From: a virus
Direction: 5' to 3' (one strand)
IMG/VR virus record: IMGVR_UViG_3300040801_002290
Span: 32,001 to 96,000 of that record
DNA length: 64,000 nucleotides
Part shown: positions 1-8,089 of the stretch, piece by piece
Numbering within the stretch: position 1 is the first letter of the stretch
How the letters are laid out: every line of letters begins with the position of its first letter
Notes under the pieces: generated by a model
Told to the model about the DNA's origin: nothing
Seen by the model: the letters and a program-made list of their open reading frames with translations, nothing else
The model's database searches: none
Made by a program: the position numbers and the translations under genes

Positions 1-51
1 CAACGCGATTGAGTCTGTCTCAAGTAGAGAGTCGTCCCACCTCTTGGCCAT
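1..51 (-). CDS. Hypothetical protein, 5' part only (MAKRWDDSLLETDSIAL..., runs off window)
   Basis: ATG at 51-49 with AGGAGG SD upstream; frame open to base 1. Confidence 0.55.
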   Translation of the reverse strand, partial: MAKRWDDSLLETDSIAL

Positions 52-81
52 ATTATACCTCCTAAACTTGTTCCTGAGTGT

Positions 82-603
82 TCAATCGTCACTGATGGAA
101 TCCAGGAAAATTCTGTTCCAATCTGAGTGTTCGTGAATTCCGAACATGTGTTCTAAAAAGGCAAGCGCCTTCCTGTATCGGGCCATTAAACTACCATTAA
201 AGTCATCATACGGTGTAGACAAATGGTCCTTCAAGTCTGCCATCTTTACATCCACGGCTATTCTGTTTCTATATGCGTAGATTCTTTCTATATATTGCCT
301 ATAGGACATGTTTTTGGGCCGAGTAAGTAACCATAGAGCCTGAATCTCGTCATCTTCAAGTAAAGGAAACGTTCTCTTCATTTCTTCCGGGTCCTCTGTT
401 GGATGAACATCCTCAAAGTAATCGTGAAGAATGGCAACTGGCATGTTTTCATTATCTACCAAACCAGCCACCCTAAAAAGATGTTGAATATAAGGTTTTC
501 CTCTTTTATCGAACTGCCTATAATGACCACGCATAGCGAATGAGACGCATTTTTGCAACTTAACGTCAAACTCACTTAAGGTGTAAGAATCAGCCATGTA
601 CAT
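82..603 (-). CDS. HD-domain protein, RelA/SpoT hydrolase-like (small alarmone hydrolase type)
   Basis: KPYIQHLFRVA, AILHDYFED, VKMADLKDHL motifs. Confidence 0.75.
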   Translation of the reverse strand: MYMADSYTLSEFDVKLQKCVSFAMRGHYRQFDKRGKPYIQHLFRVAGLVDNENMPVAILHDYFEDVHPTEDPEEMKRTFPLLEDDEIQALWLLTRPKNMSYRQYIERIYAYRNRIAVDVKMADLKDHLSTPYDDFNGSLMARYRKALAFLEHMFGIHEHSDWNRIFLDSISDD

Positions 604-649
604 CTCTCCAATATTAATTCACAACTCATTATTTTACCATTTCAATATG

Positions 650-675
650 AAAGGCGGGTTATTAGGCCCGCCTTT
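650..675. terminator. Intrinsic terminator downstream of the TROVE gene
   Basis: AAAGGCGGG-N8-CCCGCCTTT inverted repeat just after the TROVE stop. Confidence 0.75.
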
Positions 676-695
676 ATTTTAGCTCAAAGTGACTT

Positions 696-2243
696 TTAGT
701 AACTTTCGATGTACTTGACTAGGCTGCCCTCGGAAAGCATGGACATAAGCTTGAGTGTGGAGTCTGACCAACCTCCGATGGAGTAAAACTTGCCCCCAAC
801 CCTGGACATCTGAGCCTCGTAAGCCGCTAGGTTTACGGAGTAAGCAGTGCCAGTGTAGCCCTTAAGGGCATGGAAAATCTGGTCATGAATTTGCATGTCG
901 GAGAAAACAACGATGTTGTCGAAGTCCCTAACATTAACCTTAGAGAAGGCCACACTCATGTTGGTGCCGTATCCAAGCCTGTTGCGTAGGTTGCTATCCT
1001 TTAGTCGTGCCTGGTTAGCAAGAATACTGTTATTCTTGTTAAGTTCAACACGCTCTGCGGTAGTACCGAAGCAAACAACTTCTCCGTTTTGTGAGCGGTG
1101 CATAGCAGCCCCAAAAAGAGTACCAATATCAACGTAGGAAATCTCAGACTTGTCGCTAACAGTCGCGTCCATGGACCCAGACGTGTCAACAACGATTAGA
1201 GTTCTACCTTCGAAGGTTGGTAGGTTTCCGATAGAAGCGTCAAGGGCTTCGGATAGGGCGTTAGAGATTAATGCATAGCGGTCGTGGTCTCTAAACCCAG
1301 TAGAAGCTTCGCTCCAGTAATATCTACTTTCCGAACCAGAAATAGCTCGATGAGCAGAAAGGAACCGGAAAGGTAGCTGCCTAGACTTAGCTACTGCCTC
1401 AGGGTCAGCTAGCCTGTTAGCGACTAGATTCCAAAAGTCCTTGTCGGAAGCAGGAACCTTCTCAAAAAAGTTACGTAGGTTACGAAGTAGGGCCATGTAA
1501 CCCATGTTGTCCACAACGGACTCCCAGGACGCACCAGCACTACGGCTGCGTTCCCAACTAATTTCCCCGCTATCCTCAGAACCATTTACGGCCTTTAGAA
1601 TAACTGGTAGCAGAGCCCGAGCTTCGTCGGGAAGCTTTTCCCAAGCTGCGGAAAGGCTGCCTTCGCTCTTCCAAAGAAGAACAAAATCGAACAGGGCACG
1701 CTTTTCAGCAGTAGACTCAGCCCTTGCGTGAGTAATACGAATTGCCTTGGCAAGGTTCCAGTCTCGGCTAAAGTTGTTGTAACGAAGTGCGGCACGCTCG
1801 GTTAGACGGTCCTGTAGAATAGCGCGACCGAATCTAACAGCAGAAGGAATTACCTTCTTATTGTCGGAAAAAGAAGCTACGGTGGCTAGATAGTCACCAA
1901 TTTCATCACCACGGAAGAACACGTCACGAATTACACGACCATCCTGTGGCTGGCCATGCTCTAGCGTGTAGAAGCCCATAAGAGCGGCAGGCGTAGTACG
2001 CATGTTAAACTCTTGTCGAGCCACACGAGCTAGCTGGGAAACGAAGTTCTTAGGTGCCTTGGCGACAAGCGCCTGCATACGAGAAACTGTGTCGCTAGAC
2101 CTCTCGTAAAAGCTATCACTAAGGAAGCTAGAAAGAGCAAGCATGGCAAGCTCTTCGCGGACCTCAGCCTTACGGCCTACTCCACCTTCGTGTGTAACCA
2201 TCTGAGTTACGCGCCTTGGACGTGCTGTATTTAGTACACTCAT
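696..2243 (-). CDS. rsr: Ro60/Rsr-like TROVE-vWA ribonucleoprotein
   Basis: N-term THEGG; YMALLRNLRN, SRQLPFRFLSA; C-term vWA DTSGSM, GTN, FSDMQ; AAGGAG SD. Confidence 0.92.
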   Translation of the reverse strand: MSVLNTARPRRVTQMVTHEGGVGRKAEVREELAMLALSSFLSDSFYERSSDTVSRMQALVAKAPKNFVSQLARVARQEFNMRTTPAALMGFYTLEHGQPQDGRVIRDVFFRGDEIGDYLATVASFSDNKKVIPSAVRFGRAILQDRLTERAALRYNNFSRDWNLAKAIRITHARAESTAEKRALFDFVLLWKSEGSLSAAWEKLPDEARALLPVILKAVNGSEDSGEISWERSRSAGASWESVVDNMGYMALLRNLRNFFEKVPASDKDFWNLVANRLADPEAVAKSRQLPFRFLSAHRAISGSESRYYWSEASTGFRDHDRYALISNALSEALDASIGNLPTFEGRTLIVVDTSGSMDATVSDKSEISYVDIGTLFGAAMHRSQNGEVVCFGTTAERVELNKNNSILANQARLKDSNLRNRLGYGTNMSVAFSKVNVRDFDNIVVFSDMQIHDQIFHALKGYTGTAYSVNLAAYEAQMSRVGGKFYSIGGWSDSTLKLMSMLSEGSLVKYIESY

Positions 2244-2286
2244 AATCTTTCTCCTTTGCTGCTACCCTAATGGGCATAGAAAAACG

Positions 2287-2395
2287 GTGACAAGGACTGT
2301 GTATCCTCGACACCGTTAGAGTAACATATGTATCTTAGAGTAGGATGAGAGGTCGGTGTTTTTCGCCAATGAAGTAACCGAAAACTCTGGCTGCT
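2287..2395 (-). ncRNA. Candidate Ro-associated (Y-RNA-like) RNA, unit A
   Basis: AGCAGCCA-N11-TACTTCAT-N74-CTTGTCAC on the minus strand; the same three 8-mers occur in unit B; non-coding; directly upstream of rsr. Confidence 0.6.
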
Positions 2396-2483
2396 AAGAT
2401 TTTTAAAATTGGTTTACCCCGAAGGGCCGGTTTGCGGGCTGTTTACGAATGCCTGCGAGTGTAAGCATACAAGAGACTACGAT

Positions 2484-2593
2484 GGGGTTGCAAAAAAAGT
2501 TGCAGGGCTTACTTCCAACCCTCGCCTATAGTGAGGAATCTCCTCTCCATGAGTGACAAGTTTCTGTATGAAGTAGGCAACCCCGTGGCTGCT
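2484..2593 (-). ncRNA. Candidate Ro-associated RNA, unit B (41-nt core 2553-2593 plus complementary 3' extension)
   Basis: AGCAGCCA-N10-TACTTCAT-N7-CTTGTCAC; GGGGTTGC pairs with GCAACCCC at 2491-2484. Confidence 0.5.
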
Positions 2594-2610
2594 TTGCTCT
2601 TACAAGACGT

Positions 2611-2639
2611 ATAGTAGCATATTCTCTACTCTATGTCAA
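2611..2639 (-). promoter_or_regulatory. Sigma70-type promoter for the ncRNA-rsr transcript
   Basis: TTGACA (2639-2634), 17 bp spacer, TGc-TACTAT (2616-2611). Confidence 0.8.
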
Positions 2640-2961
2640 CCCCTTCGTGCTTTTGGTTGATTTTTTCTGCCAGCCCGGACAAAAGCTCTCGCTCTCTTTT
2701 GGTAAGTTTAGGATAAAACCCCACCAAAACACTAGACTTTTTATTGGTTAGGAAGTAGACTCTCTTCTTAGGAACCTGTGGTATGACGGTTTTTAAAAAC
2801 TGGTCAACGCTTGAGAGCCCCAGTTTGTGGGTCCACTTAACCTTTTTGAAAAGCTTGTTATCTGAGTTCTCGGTTCCCTCTGGATGAATTTCGGTTATGA
2901 AGTAGGTAGTACCCTCATCAGAGTCAAGACTGTACTCGGTTATGTTTCTACTTTTACCCAC
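2626..2961 (-). CDS. Hypothetical protein
   Basis: 111-aa ORF, co-directional with neighbours. Confidence 0.6.
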   Translation of the reverse strand: MGKSRNITEYSLDSDEGTTYFITEIHPEGTENSDNKLFKKVKWTHKLGLSSVDQFLKTVIPQVPKKRVYFLTNKKSSVLVGFYPKLTKRERELLSGLAEKINQKHEGVDIE

Positions 2962-2969
2962 AGTAGCCC

Positions 2970-3239
2970 CTAGTTTGGCTGCTTAGGTAGAAGCTCTTCT
3001 TCCGATTCCTGAGCTTCCATCTTAGCAAGCATGTCCGAGGCTTGAGAGACTATCTCATAGCCAAGAACGGTTTCTATTGATGCTATAGCGATGTTGTTGT
3101 TCAACAGCGCACTAGCACTAGCTACATCTCCGTTTGAAGCTGATACTGCAAACATTCGATTATGGCTCTTTAACATCTGCTTTACCTGTTTCAAAAGAAA
3201 CACACTACTATCTAGGTAGTCTTTAAAATCTTTTTCCAT
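2970..3239 (-). CDS. Hypothetical protein, probably leaderless
   Basis: 89-aa ORF; TAGAAT (3250-3245) 5 nt before the ATG, no SD. Confidence 0.65.
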   Translation of the reverse strand: MEKDFKDYLDSSVFLLKQVKQMLKSHNRMFAVSASNGDVASASALLNNNIAIASIETVLGYEIVSQASDMLAKMEAQESEEELLPKQPN

Positions 3240-3333
3240 GAGTTATTCTAACCTGACCTTTCGTGAGAATGATGTGCTAACTTTTCTCATCGTCTATGTG
3301 ATATACTAACATATATTTAGATTGGGGACAACT

Positions 3334-3987
3334 ATGAAGCTAATACTGGAGTCTGACTTCTCAGACTACTACGACTACCAATTCGACGTAATAAAGACCC
3401 CAAGCGTACACCACATATATCGACGTAGCTCAAGGGACAGAACTCCTAGACTTGAGCTACTTAGTTATGTACGTGAGCAAATGGGTCTTTTGGTACCTGA
3501 ATTCGGAACTGTAAGAGAAGTGTCAGAGCGAGTAAGGTTTGATAAGTCAGGTAAACATCTAGTAGTTTACACCAACGAATTTTCTCACTTTGGAGACGGA
3601 AAAGAGAGAGTGGGTTTGAAAAGCGCGTTAAGTAGATTCCCACTCAAACCGTGTACTCTTTATATGCATCCCGACGAAAAGGCGCAGTCCTTCAAGTACG
3701 TGGCCGTGGGTCACGACATAAGATTTTTACTTCGATACACATCTAACCACGAGTGGAAATCTAACGTTGGTGACGTATCTATTGAGTTGGTTGAGTACAA
3801 GGGAGACAAACTTGTCTCTCATCATTACCCAATGTTTTCAATAGACTTTGTTGTGTCTAACGGGATTCCTTACGCCGTAGATTTTAATTCCTCTCCCAAA
3901 TTAATGGGAACACCGATTGAGGAACTTTTAGAGCCAGAAGAACTAATAGAGGAGATGAAAAGATGGATGATAGACTCGATGTCATAG
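3334..3987 (+). CDS. ATP-grasp fold protein
   Basis: C-term FSIDFVV...YAVDFNSSPKL ATP-grasp signature; ATG at 3334 preferred; TGaTATACT -10 box at 3302-3307. Confidence 0.6.
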   Translation: MKLILESDFSDYYDYQFDVIKTPSVHHIYRRSSRDRTPRLELLSYVREQMGLLVPEFGTVREVSERVRFDKSGKHLVVYTNEFSHFGDGKERVGLKSALSRFPLKPCTLYMHPDEKAQSFKYVAVGHDIRFLLRYTSNHEWKSNVGDVSIELVEYKGDKLVSHHYPMFSIDFVVSNGIPYAVDFNSSPKLMGTPIEELLEPEELIEEMKRWMIDSMS

Positions 3988-4535
3988 AGAGCCACGACAG
4001 CATTTTCGATGTTGAGGCAGACATGATAGTAAACCCAGTAAACTGTAAAGGCATCTCTGGTAAGGGATTGGCCTTGGAATTTAAGCATAAGTTTCCAGTG
4101 TGTCAGGCTAAATACGAGGAAATATGCAGGAGGGAAATATACATTAATGACCCAACTGGAACAAGGCGAAAGGTTCCAGCATTTAGACCGGGAGATATAC
4201 TTCACTTCATAGAGATAAGCAGAGATAGAATACCCAAGAATATAGCTGAAATGTCCCCCGAAGAGATTGATGGGCTACTTAGCAAGAGGCAGCACATAGT
4301 GTATCTGCCAACCAAAAATCACTGGAAGAACCCCTCTAAGTACGAATATGTGAGGGCCGGTCTAAAGTCCCTAAGGCAACTTTTGGATAAGGAAGGTCTA
4401 GAGGGAGTTCAGACCATAGCCATTCCAGCTTTGGGATGTGGTCTCGGTGGACTTAACTGGGAAGAGGTAAAGACTATTATTTTGGAGGAGTTGGGAAATA
4501 GCGGAAAAACTTTGATTCTATTTCCTCCAAAGTGA
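3963..4535 (+). CDS. Macrodomain protein, DarG-like ADP-ribosylhydrolase
   Basis: NPVNCKGISGKGLALEFK, LPTKNHWK, IAIPALGCGLGGLNW motifs. Confidence 0.85.
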   Translation: MDDRLDVIESHDSIFDVEADMIVNPVNCKGISGKGLALEFKHKFPVCQAKYEEICRREIYINDPTGTRRKVPAFRPGDILHFIEISRDRIPKNIAEMSPEEIDGLLSKRQHIVYLPTKNHWKNPSKYEYVRAGLKSLRQLLDKEGLEGVQTIAIPALGCGLGGLNWEEVKTIILEELGNSGKTLILFPPK

Positions 4536-4558
4536 CTTCGTTTTGTTCTGGTGGCCTT

Positions 4559-4567
4559 TGGTATAAT
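4559..4567 (+). promoter_or_regulatory. Extended -10 promoter, leaderless
   Basis: TGgTATAAT, then 5 nt, then ATG at 4573. Confidence 0.65.
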
Positions 4568-4572
4568 GTGAC

Positions 4573-4764
4573 ATGCCAAAGCAACCAGAAGACCTAGCTC
4601 TCATCATGCAGAACTTAATCAACGACGAAGACCTAGACCATCTCTCTCTAAAGGATTTAAGAAATATTCTCTTAAACATACAGCCTGTAATAAACTCCGA
4701 AGACGAAGAGTCGGAAGAGGATGAGGCACTAGAGGAAGAAGAAATAAGAAGATACGTACTTTAG
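4573..4764 (+). CDS. Small acidic hypothetical protein
   Basis: 63 aa, E/D-rich C-terminus. Confidence 0.6.
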   Translation: MPKQPEDLALIMQNLINDEDLDHLSLKDLRNILLNIQPVINSEDEESEEDEALEEEEIRRYVL

Positions 4765-4773
4765 GAGCCTATA

Positions 4774-5679
4774 ATGGCTGACAGATTTGTAAGAGCAATA
4801 CCAAAAACTGTAGACACATTACTTTTGGGTGAAAGATACCCGAAATTAATTCTATCTCCCGAGGGAGACCTGGTTATAACTGATGTTTCGGAAGAAAGCT
4901 TTCTTTCCGGGCTAGACGGGTCAACTCCCGCTATAGAACCCTCTGACGACCTACCTGTTACTTTGGGAGTAGACTTTGACACCTGTATCTTTCTTTCATA
5001 TGCAAACAAGAACACGATAGTTAAAAGAAAGATTCCCGCCCCTGAATTAACGGACGGGGGGCTGTCTGGTGGGAGTCCAATTTTGTCGTGGACTAATGCT
5101 TTTGATATCCCCACCCTTATTTATAGAACAGATATTTACTTAACCGGCGCTCCAGCAACAGAATTCACGCTCATTGCTCAAATTCCAGGAACATCCACCC
5201 CAGGAGGAACAGTAGAGTACACAGATTCTTCTATCACACTCGCAGATGAGAATGATTCCGTATCCTATCTTGTAAAGAACAGGAATGGGTCTTCCAATAT
5301 AATAGAATTTACTGGTGAAATTATAGCTGAACTTACAGTTGTGTCTACAAACCCACTAGCGGGAGGTAACATTAACTTCGACTTCTTTGGTGGAACACAG
5401 AGTACTCCCATAGTAGTTACTTTCAGTGAAAATATTTCTGCTGTCAATACAAACCTTATAACCTTAGACACTAATACCACACCAGCGGATTTATCGGGTG
5501 CGGATTTTGACGTGGTTGGAAACACCCTTACCATTGACAACGCATCTTCGATTCCTGGAGCAACAGATGAATTTACTCTTACTATACCGCCAGGAGCAAT
5601 TGAAGGAGACCCAAGTGGAGCATTACTAAATTCGGATTTTGTTGTTGTTTTTGTTGGAGTAGGAACCAGCCCATTTTAA
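4774..5679 (+). CDS. Putative virion-associated protein with C-terminal Ig-like domain
   Basis: T/S/G-rich beta-strand content; IVVTFSENI...NTLTID...FTLTIPPGAI pattern; AGGAG SD. Confidence 0.5.
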   Translation: MADRFVRAIPKTVDTLLLGERYPKLILSPEGDLVITDVSEESFLSGLDGSTPAIEPSDDLPVTLGVDFDTCIFLSYANKNTIVKRKIPAPELTDGGLSGGSPILSWTNAFDIPTLIYRTDIYLTGAPATEFTLIAQIPGTSTPGGTVEYTDSSITLADENDSVSYLVKNRNGSSNIIEFTGEIIAELTVVSTNPLAGGNINFDFFGGTQSTPIVVTFSENISAVNTNLITLDTNTTPADLSGADFDVVGNTLTIDNASSIPGATDEFTLTIPPGAIEGDPSGALLNSDFVVVFVGVGTSPF

Positions 5680-5730
5680 TGTGGTAAAAAGAATTAATGT
5701 CCCAGACCCCCAAAACCCAAGCCCACCTAC

Positions 5731-5763
5731 CTCTCTCGGCATTCATCTGAATGCTCGGGAGAG
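5731..5763 (+). terminator. Intrinsic terminator
   Basis: CTCTCTCGGCATTC-atct-GAATGCTCGGGAGAG stem followed by TTTT. Confidence 0.65.
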
Positions 5764-5784
5764 TTTTGCTATATTGGAGACCCA

Positions 5785-6447
5785 ATGAAGAAAGGAATTA
5801 GCATTCTAACCGTTTTGAAAAAGTACGAGCTTAACGAAAAGCAAATGCTTGCAGTCGAAGCAATCAGAAACAACAAAATAGTTGTTCTGAGGGGCAGAGC
5901 AGGAGTAGCCAAAAGCTTCACTTCTGTCTATGCTGCCATGAAGTTGCTATCGGATAAAACGGTTGAAAGGATTGCTATCACAAGGCCCCAGATTGCAACA
6001 GAGAAAATGGGCTTTCTTCCAGGGGAGATAGAGGACAAGTTTGACCCCTACCTCTCCCCACTAATCAGTTTCTTCAATAAATTCGGAGATGCGGGAAATA
6101 ATACCTTTAACTCTTTGGTAGTAGCGGAAAAAATTAGAAGGGCTCCCATTGCCTTCATGCGTGGAAGCACAATCGAAGACGAGATTATGATTGTGGACGA
6201 AGCCCAAAATATCTCCCCAGAGCAGATGCTTATGATTCTAACCAGAATTGGAAGGGGAGGGAAAATAGTTATTAATGGTGACGAGATGCAGGACGATTTG
6301 AACGCTGGATTCACGGGACTGGATTACGTAATTGCTCTTTCCAAGAGACTCCCTTACATCCAATGCGTCGAGTTGACTGAAAATATGAGAGACGATATCA
6401 TTAACGATATTGTAGAAAATTGGCTGCCACCGTCTGCAAACGCTTGA
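5785..6447 (+). CDS. phoH: PhoH-like ATPase
   Basis: GRAGVAKS Walker A, MGFLPG, FMRGST, IVDEAQN, GD..QDD. Confidence 0.92.
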   Translation: MKKGISILTVLKKYELNEKQMLAVEAIRNNKIVVLRGRAGVAKSFTSVYAAMKLLSDKTVERIAITRPQIATEKMGFLPGEIEDKFDPYLSPLISFFNKFGDAGNNTFNSLVVAEKIRRAPIAFMRGSTIEDEIMIVDEAQNISPEQMLMILTRIGRGGKIVINGDEMQDDLNAGFTGLDYVIALSKRLPYIQCVELTENMRDDIINDIVENWLPPSANA

Positions 6448-6472
6448 TTTTAGTTCTTTAAAGGGGTATAAT
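6444..6472 (+). promoter_or_regulatory. Sigma70-type promoter
   Basis: TTGATT-17-TATAAT. Confidence 0.7.
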
Positions 6473-6474
6473 GT

Positions 6475-6503
6475 GAGGGAAGTCCTACAAAAGGGCTTCT
6501 CTC
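6475..6503 (+). terminator. Hairpin/terminator overlapping the predicted start site of the adjacent promoter
   Basis: 11-bp stem GAGGGAAGTCC/GGGCTTCTCTC (2 G-U pairs), followed by ATGTTTTT. Confidence 0.55.
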
Positions 6504-6557
6504 ATGTTTTTCATATGTGCTGAGAGTACAATGGGCACACAGTAAGAGGAGAGCAAA

Positions 6558-6920
6558 ATGATTCAATTTAAACTATCTAAGAGAACCGAGTCTCTAAAGC
6601 CCTATCTACAGGAGTTGCTACTATACAGCGGTATTAGCAACGTAACCGTGGAAGTCGGGTCCGAAAAAACTAGAGAAGACACCTTATTCATCAACGAGAA
6701 TGAGTGCGACAGTCTTGAGGATGTACTAGCTAAGTTTGCACTGGCTATATACGACGAAAGAGTACACAATAAGTGCCTAAAATCTTCTGTCGTGTCATTG
6801 TCTGCTAAGCACGGTAAGTCGGCTGAGAAAATAGCCTCCGTAATAGAACGGGCTATAGAGCCGACCTCTTTCTTTACGCTGGAAAGGTACCCAATCAATG
6901 CTACACATCAAAACGGATGA
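6558..6920 (+). CDS. Hypothetical protein
   Basis: 120-aa ORF with GAGGAG SD. Confidence 0.65.
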   Translation: MIQFKLSKRTESLKPYLQELLLYSGISNVTVEVGSEKTREDTLFINENECDSLEDVLAKFALAIYDERVHNKCLKSSVVSLSAKHGKSAEKIASVIERAIEPTSFFTLERYPINATHQNG

Positions 6921-7341
6921 ATCAATCTGGGAATATTCTGGCAAAGAAAACTTCATAGTACTCCCAATAACAAAACATGTAAGAAAAGATGGCGGTTTGG
7001 TGTTTGTAAACGACGAGACCAAAGAGGCATCAGAGAAGTTCCCTGACTTGCAAAAGGTCTGGGGGTACTTCGTTGAGAATGGTATTCATGTACCCACCTA
7101 CAGGAGAAGTAACCTTAACCTCATTGGAGCAGTAGACAGAAACCATTACGCTTCAAATCCAGATGAGGAAACCGTAGAGCAGTCTCTATACTTACTGAAA
7201 GAGACCTCTGATAATAACCCCAATTACCTGTTTTATCTACAAGGCCCGTTGGGTGGAGACAAGTTCTCGGAGTTAAATTACAAAATACTGAACAGCGATA
7301 GGTTCATTCTTTTGGAAAGGGTAGAAAATGTTGAAGTGTGA
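6898..7341 (+). CDS. Divergent macrodomain-like protein
   Basis: FIVLPITKHVRKDGGLV...KEASEKFPDL resembles phage macro-like family (T.NG.V.KDG.AVMG). Confidence 0.4.
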   Translation: MLHIKTDESIWEYSGKENFIVLPITKHVRKDGGLVFVNDETKEASEKFPDLQKVWGYFVENGIHVPTYRRSNLNLIGAVDRNHYASNPDEETVEQSLYLLKETSDNNPNYLFYLQGPLGGDKFSELNYKILNSDRFILLERVENVEV

Positions 7342-7774
7342 GGTTTGCGGAAAAGAGTTTGAGAAGAAAAACACCAGGGGCAGGCCACCGAAAATTTGTT
7401 ACTCCTGTAAAGGCAAGGTAGAGGAGCGGCATAAGCAGAACCGTGAAGCCAGAGAAAAGGCTGGGGATAACGGGCTGACTGTGGTACCAGTGTTCGAAAA
7501 GATTTCTTCCCCGGAAAACCTATCCCGTGGAGACTTGGTTTATGCTCTTCCGACATTCACGGAGAAGGATATCATTCGTAGAAGGTTTGCTATGGAGTAC
7601 AAGGTACTATCCATAGACGGACTTATGGTAGAGGTAGTGAGAAACATAAAGTCTAGCTACAAGCAGTACCCGGTAGAAGTAGATTTTTCTCGTCTGTATC
7701 AGAAGTCTGGGGTCGAGTATCTAGACATTGGCTCAGATAATGTTATAATGGAAACCGAAGGGATTGATGAATAG
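7328..7774 (+). CDS. Zn-finger protein
   Basis: CEVC...GRPPKICYSC at the N-terminus. Confidence 0.6.
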   Translation: MLKCEVCGKEFEKKNTRGRPPKICYSCKGKVEERHKQNREAREKAGDNGLTVVPVFEKISSPENLSRGDLVYALPTFTEKDIIRRRFAMEYKVLSIDGLMVEVVRNIKSSYKQYPVEVDFSRLYQKSGVEYLDIGSDNVIMETEGIDE

Positions 7775-8079
7775 TGGAAAATAATCAACCAGATTTTGTA
7801 TTTAACCTAGCCATTCCGGTCTTTAAGCCGTCAGAGCAAGAAGTCGAAGTAATGTCAGACCCAAGAAACGTGGAGCCATTCTTTAGTAAGCTCCTGGAAG
7901 AGGGTTACCTTACTCCGGAAGAATTGGCTGCTTTTATCAGGTTTGCTCTACAGGTATCGGGTGTAACGCCATTCCTGTTGGACGAGTTCCTAAAAACCTA
8001 CAGACAGCATGGAGTGGAGGCGACCAAAAAGGTAGACATTCTAAAGCCTACCGGACCCAAAATAATTGTACCAGGATAA
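7774..8079 (+). CDS. Hypothetical protein
   Basis: 101-aa ORF in operon, GTG start. Confidence 0.55.
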   Translation: MENNQPDFVFNLAIPVFKPSEQEVEVMSDPRNVEPFFSKLLEEGYLTPEELAAFIRFALQVSGVTPFLLDEFLKTYRQHGVEATKKVDILKPTGPKIIVPG

Positions 8080-8089
8080 GGAGGTAGAC

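Noticed and set aside
2401-2480. Hammerhead ribozyme
   Set aside because: No CTGATGA...GAAA core found
2509-2550. Mini-ORF MERRFLTIGEGWK (minus strand) in the leader
   Set aside because: No SD, and it lies inside a paired region
2244-2604. tRNA or canonical YrlA tRNA-like domain in the rsr leader
   Set aside because: No GTTCRAATC T-loop, D-arm or cloverleaf seen on either strand; reported as a non-canonical candidate instead
2605-2625. RDRM (DdrO) box over the rsr promoter
   Set aside because: TATGCT...ACGT arms are out of register with the 17-bp consensus
5697-5750. Mini-ORF MSQTPKTQAHLPLSAFI
   Set aside because: No SD or well-spaced -10; ends inside a terminator stem
6504-6545. Mini-ORF MFFICAESTMGTQ
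   Set aside because: No SD; overlaps the terminator T tract
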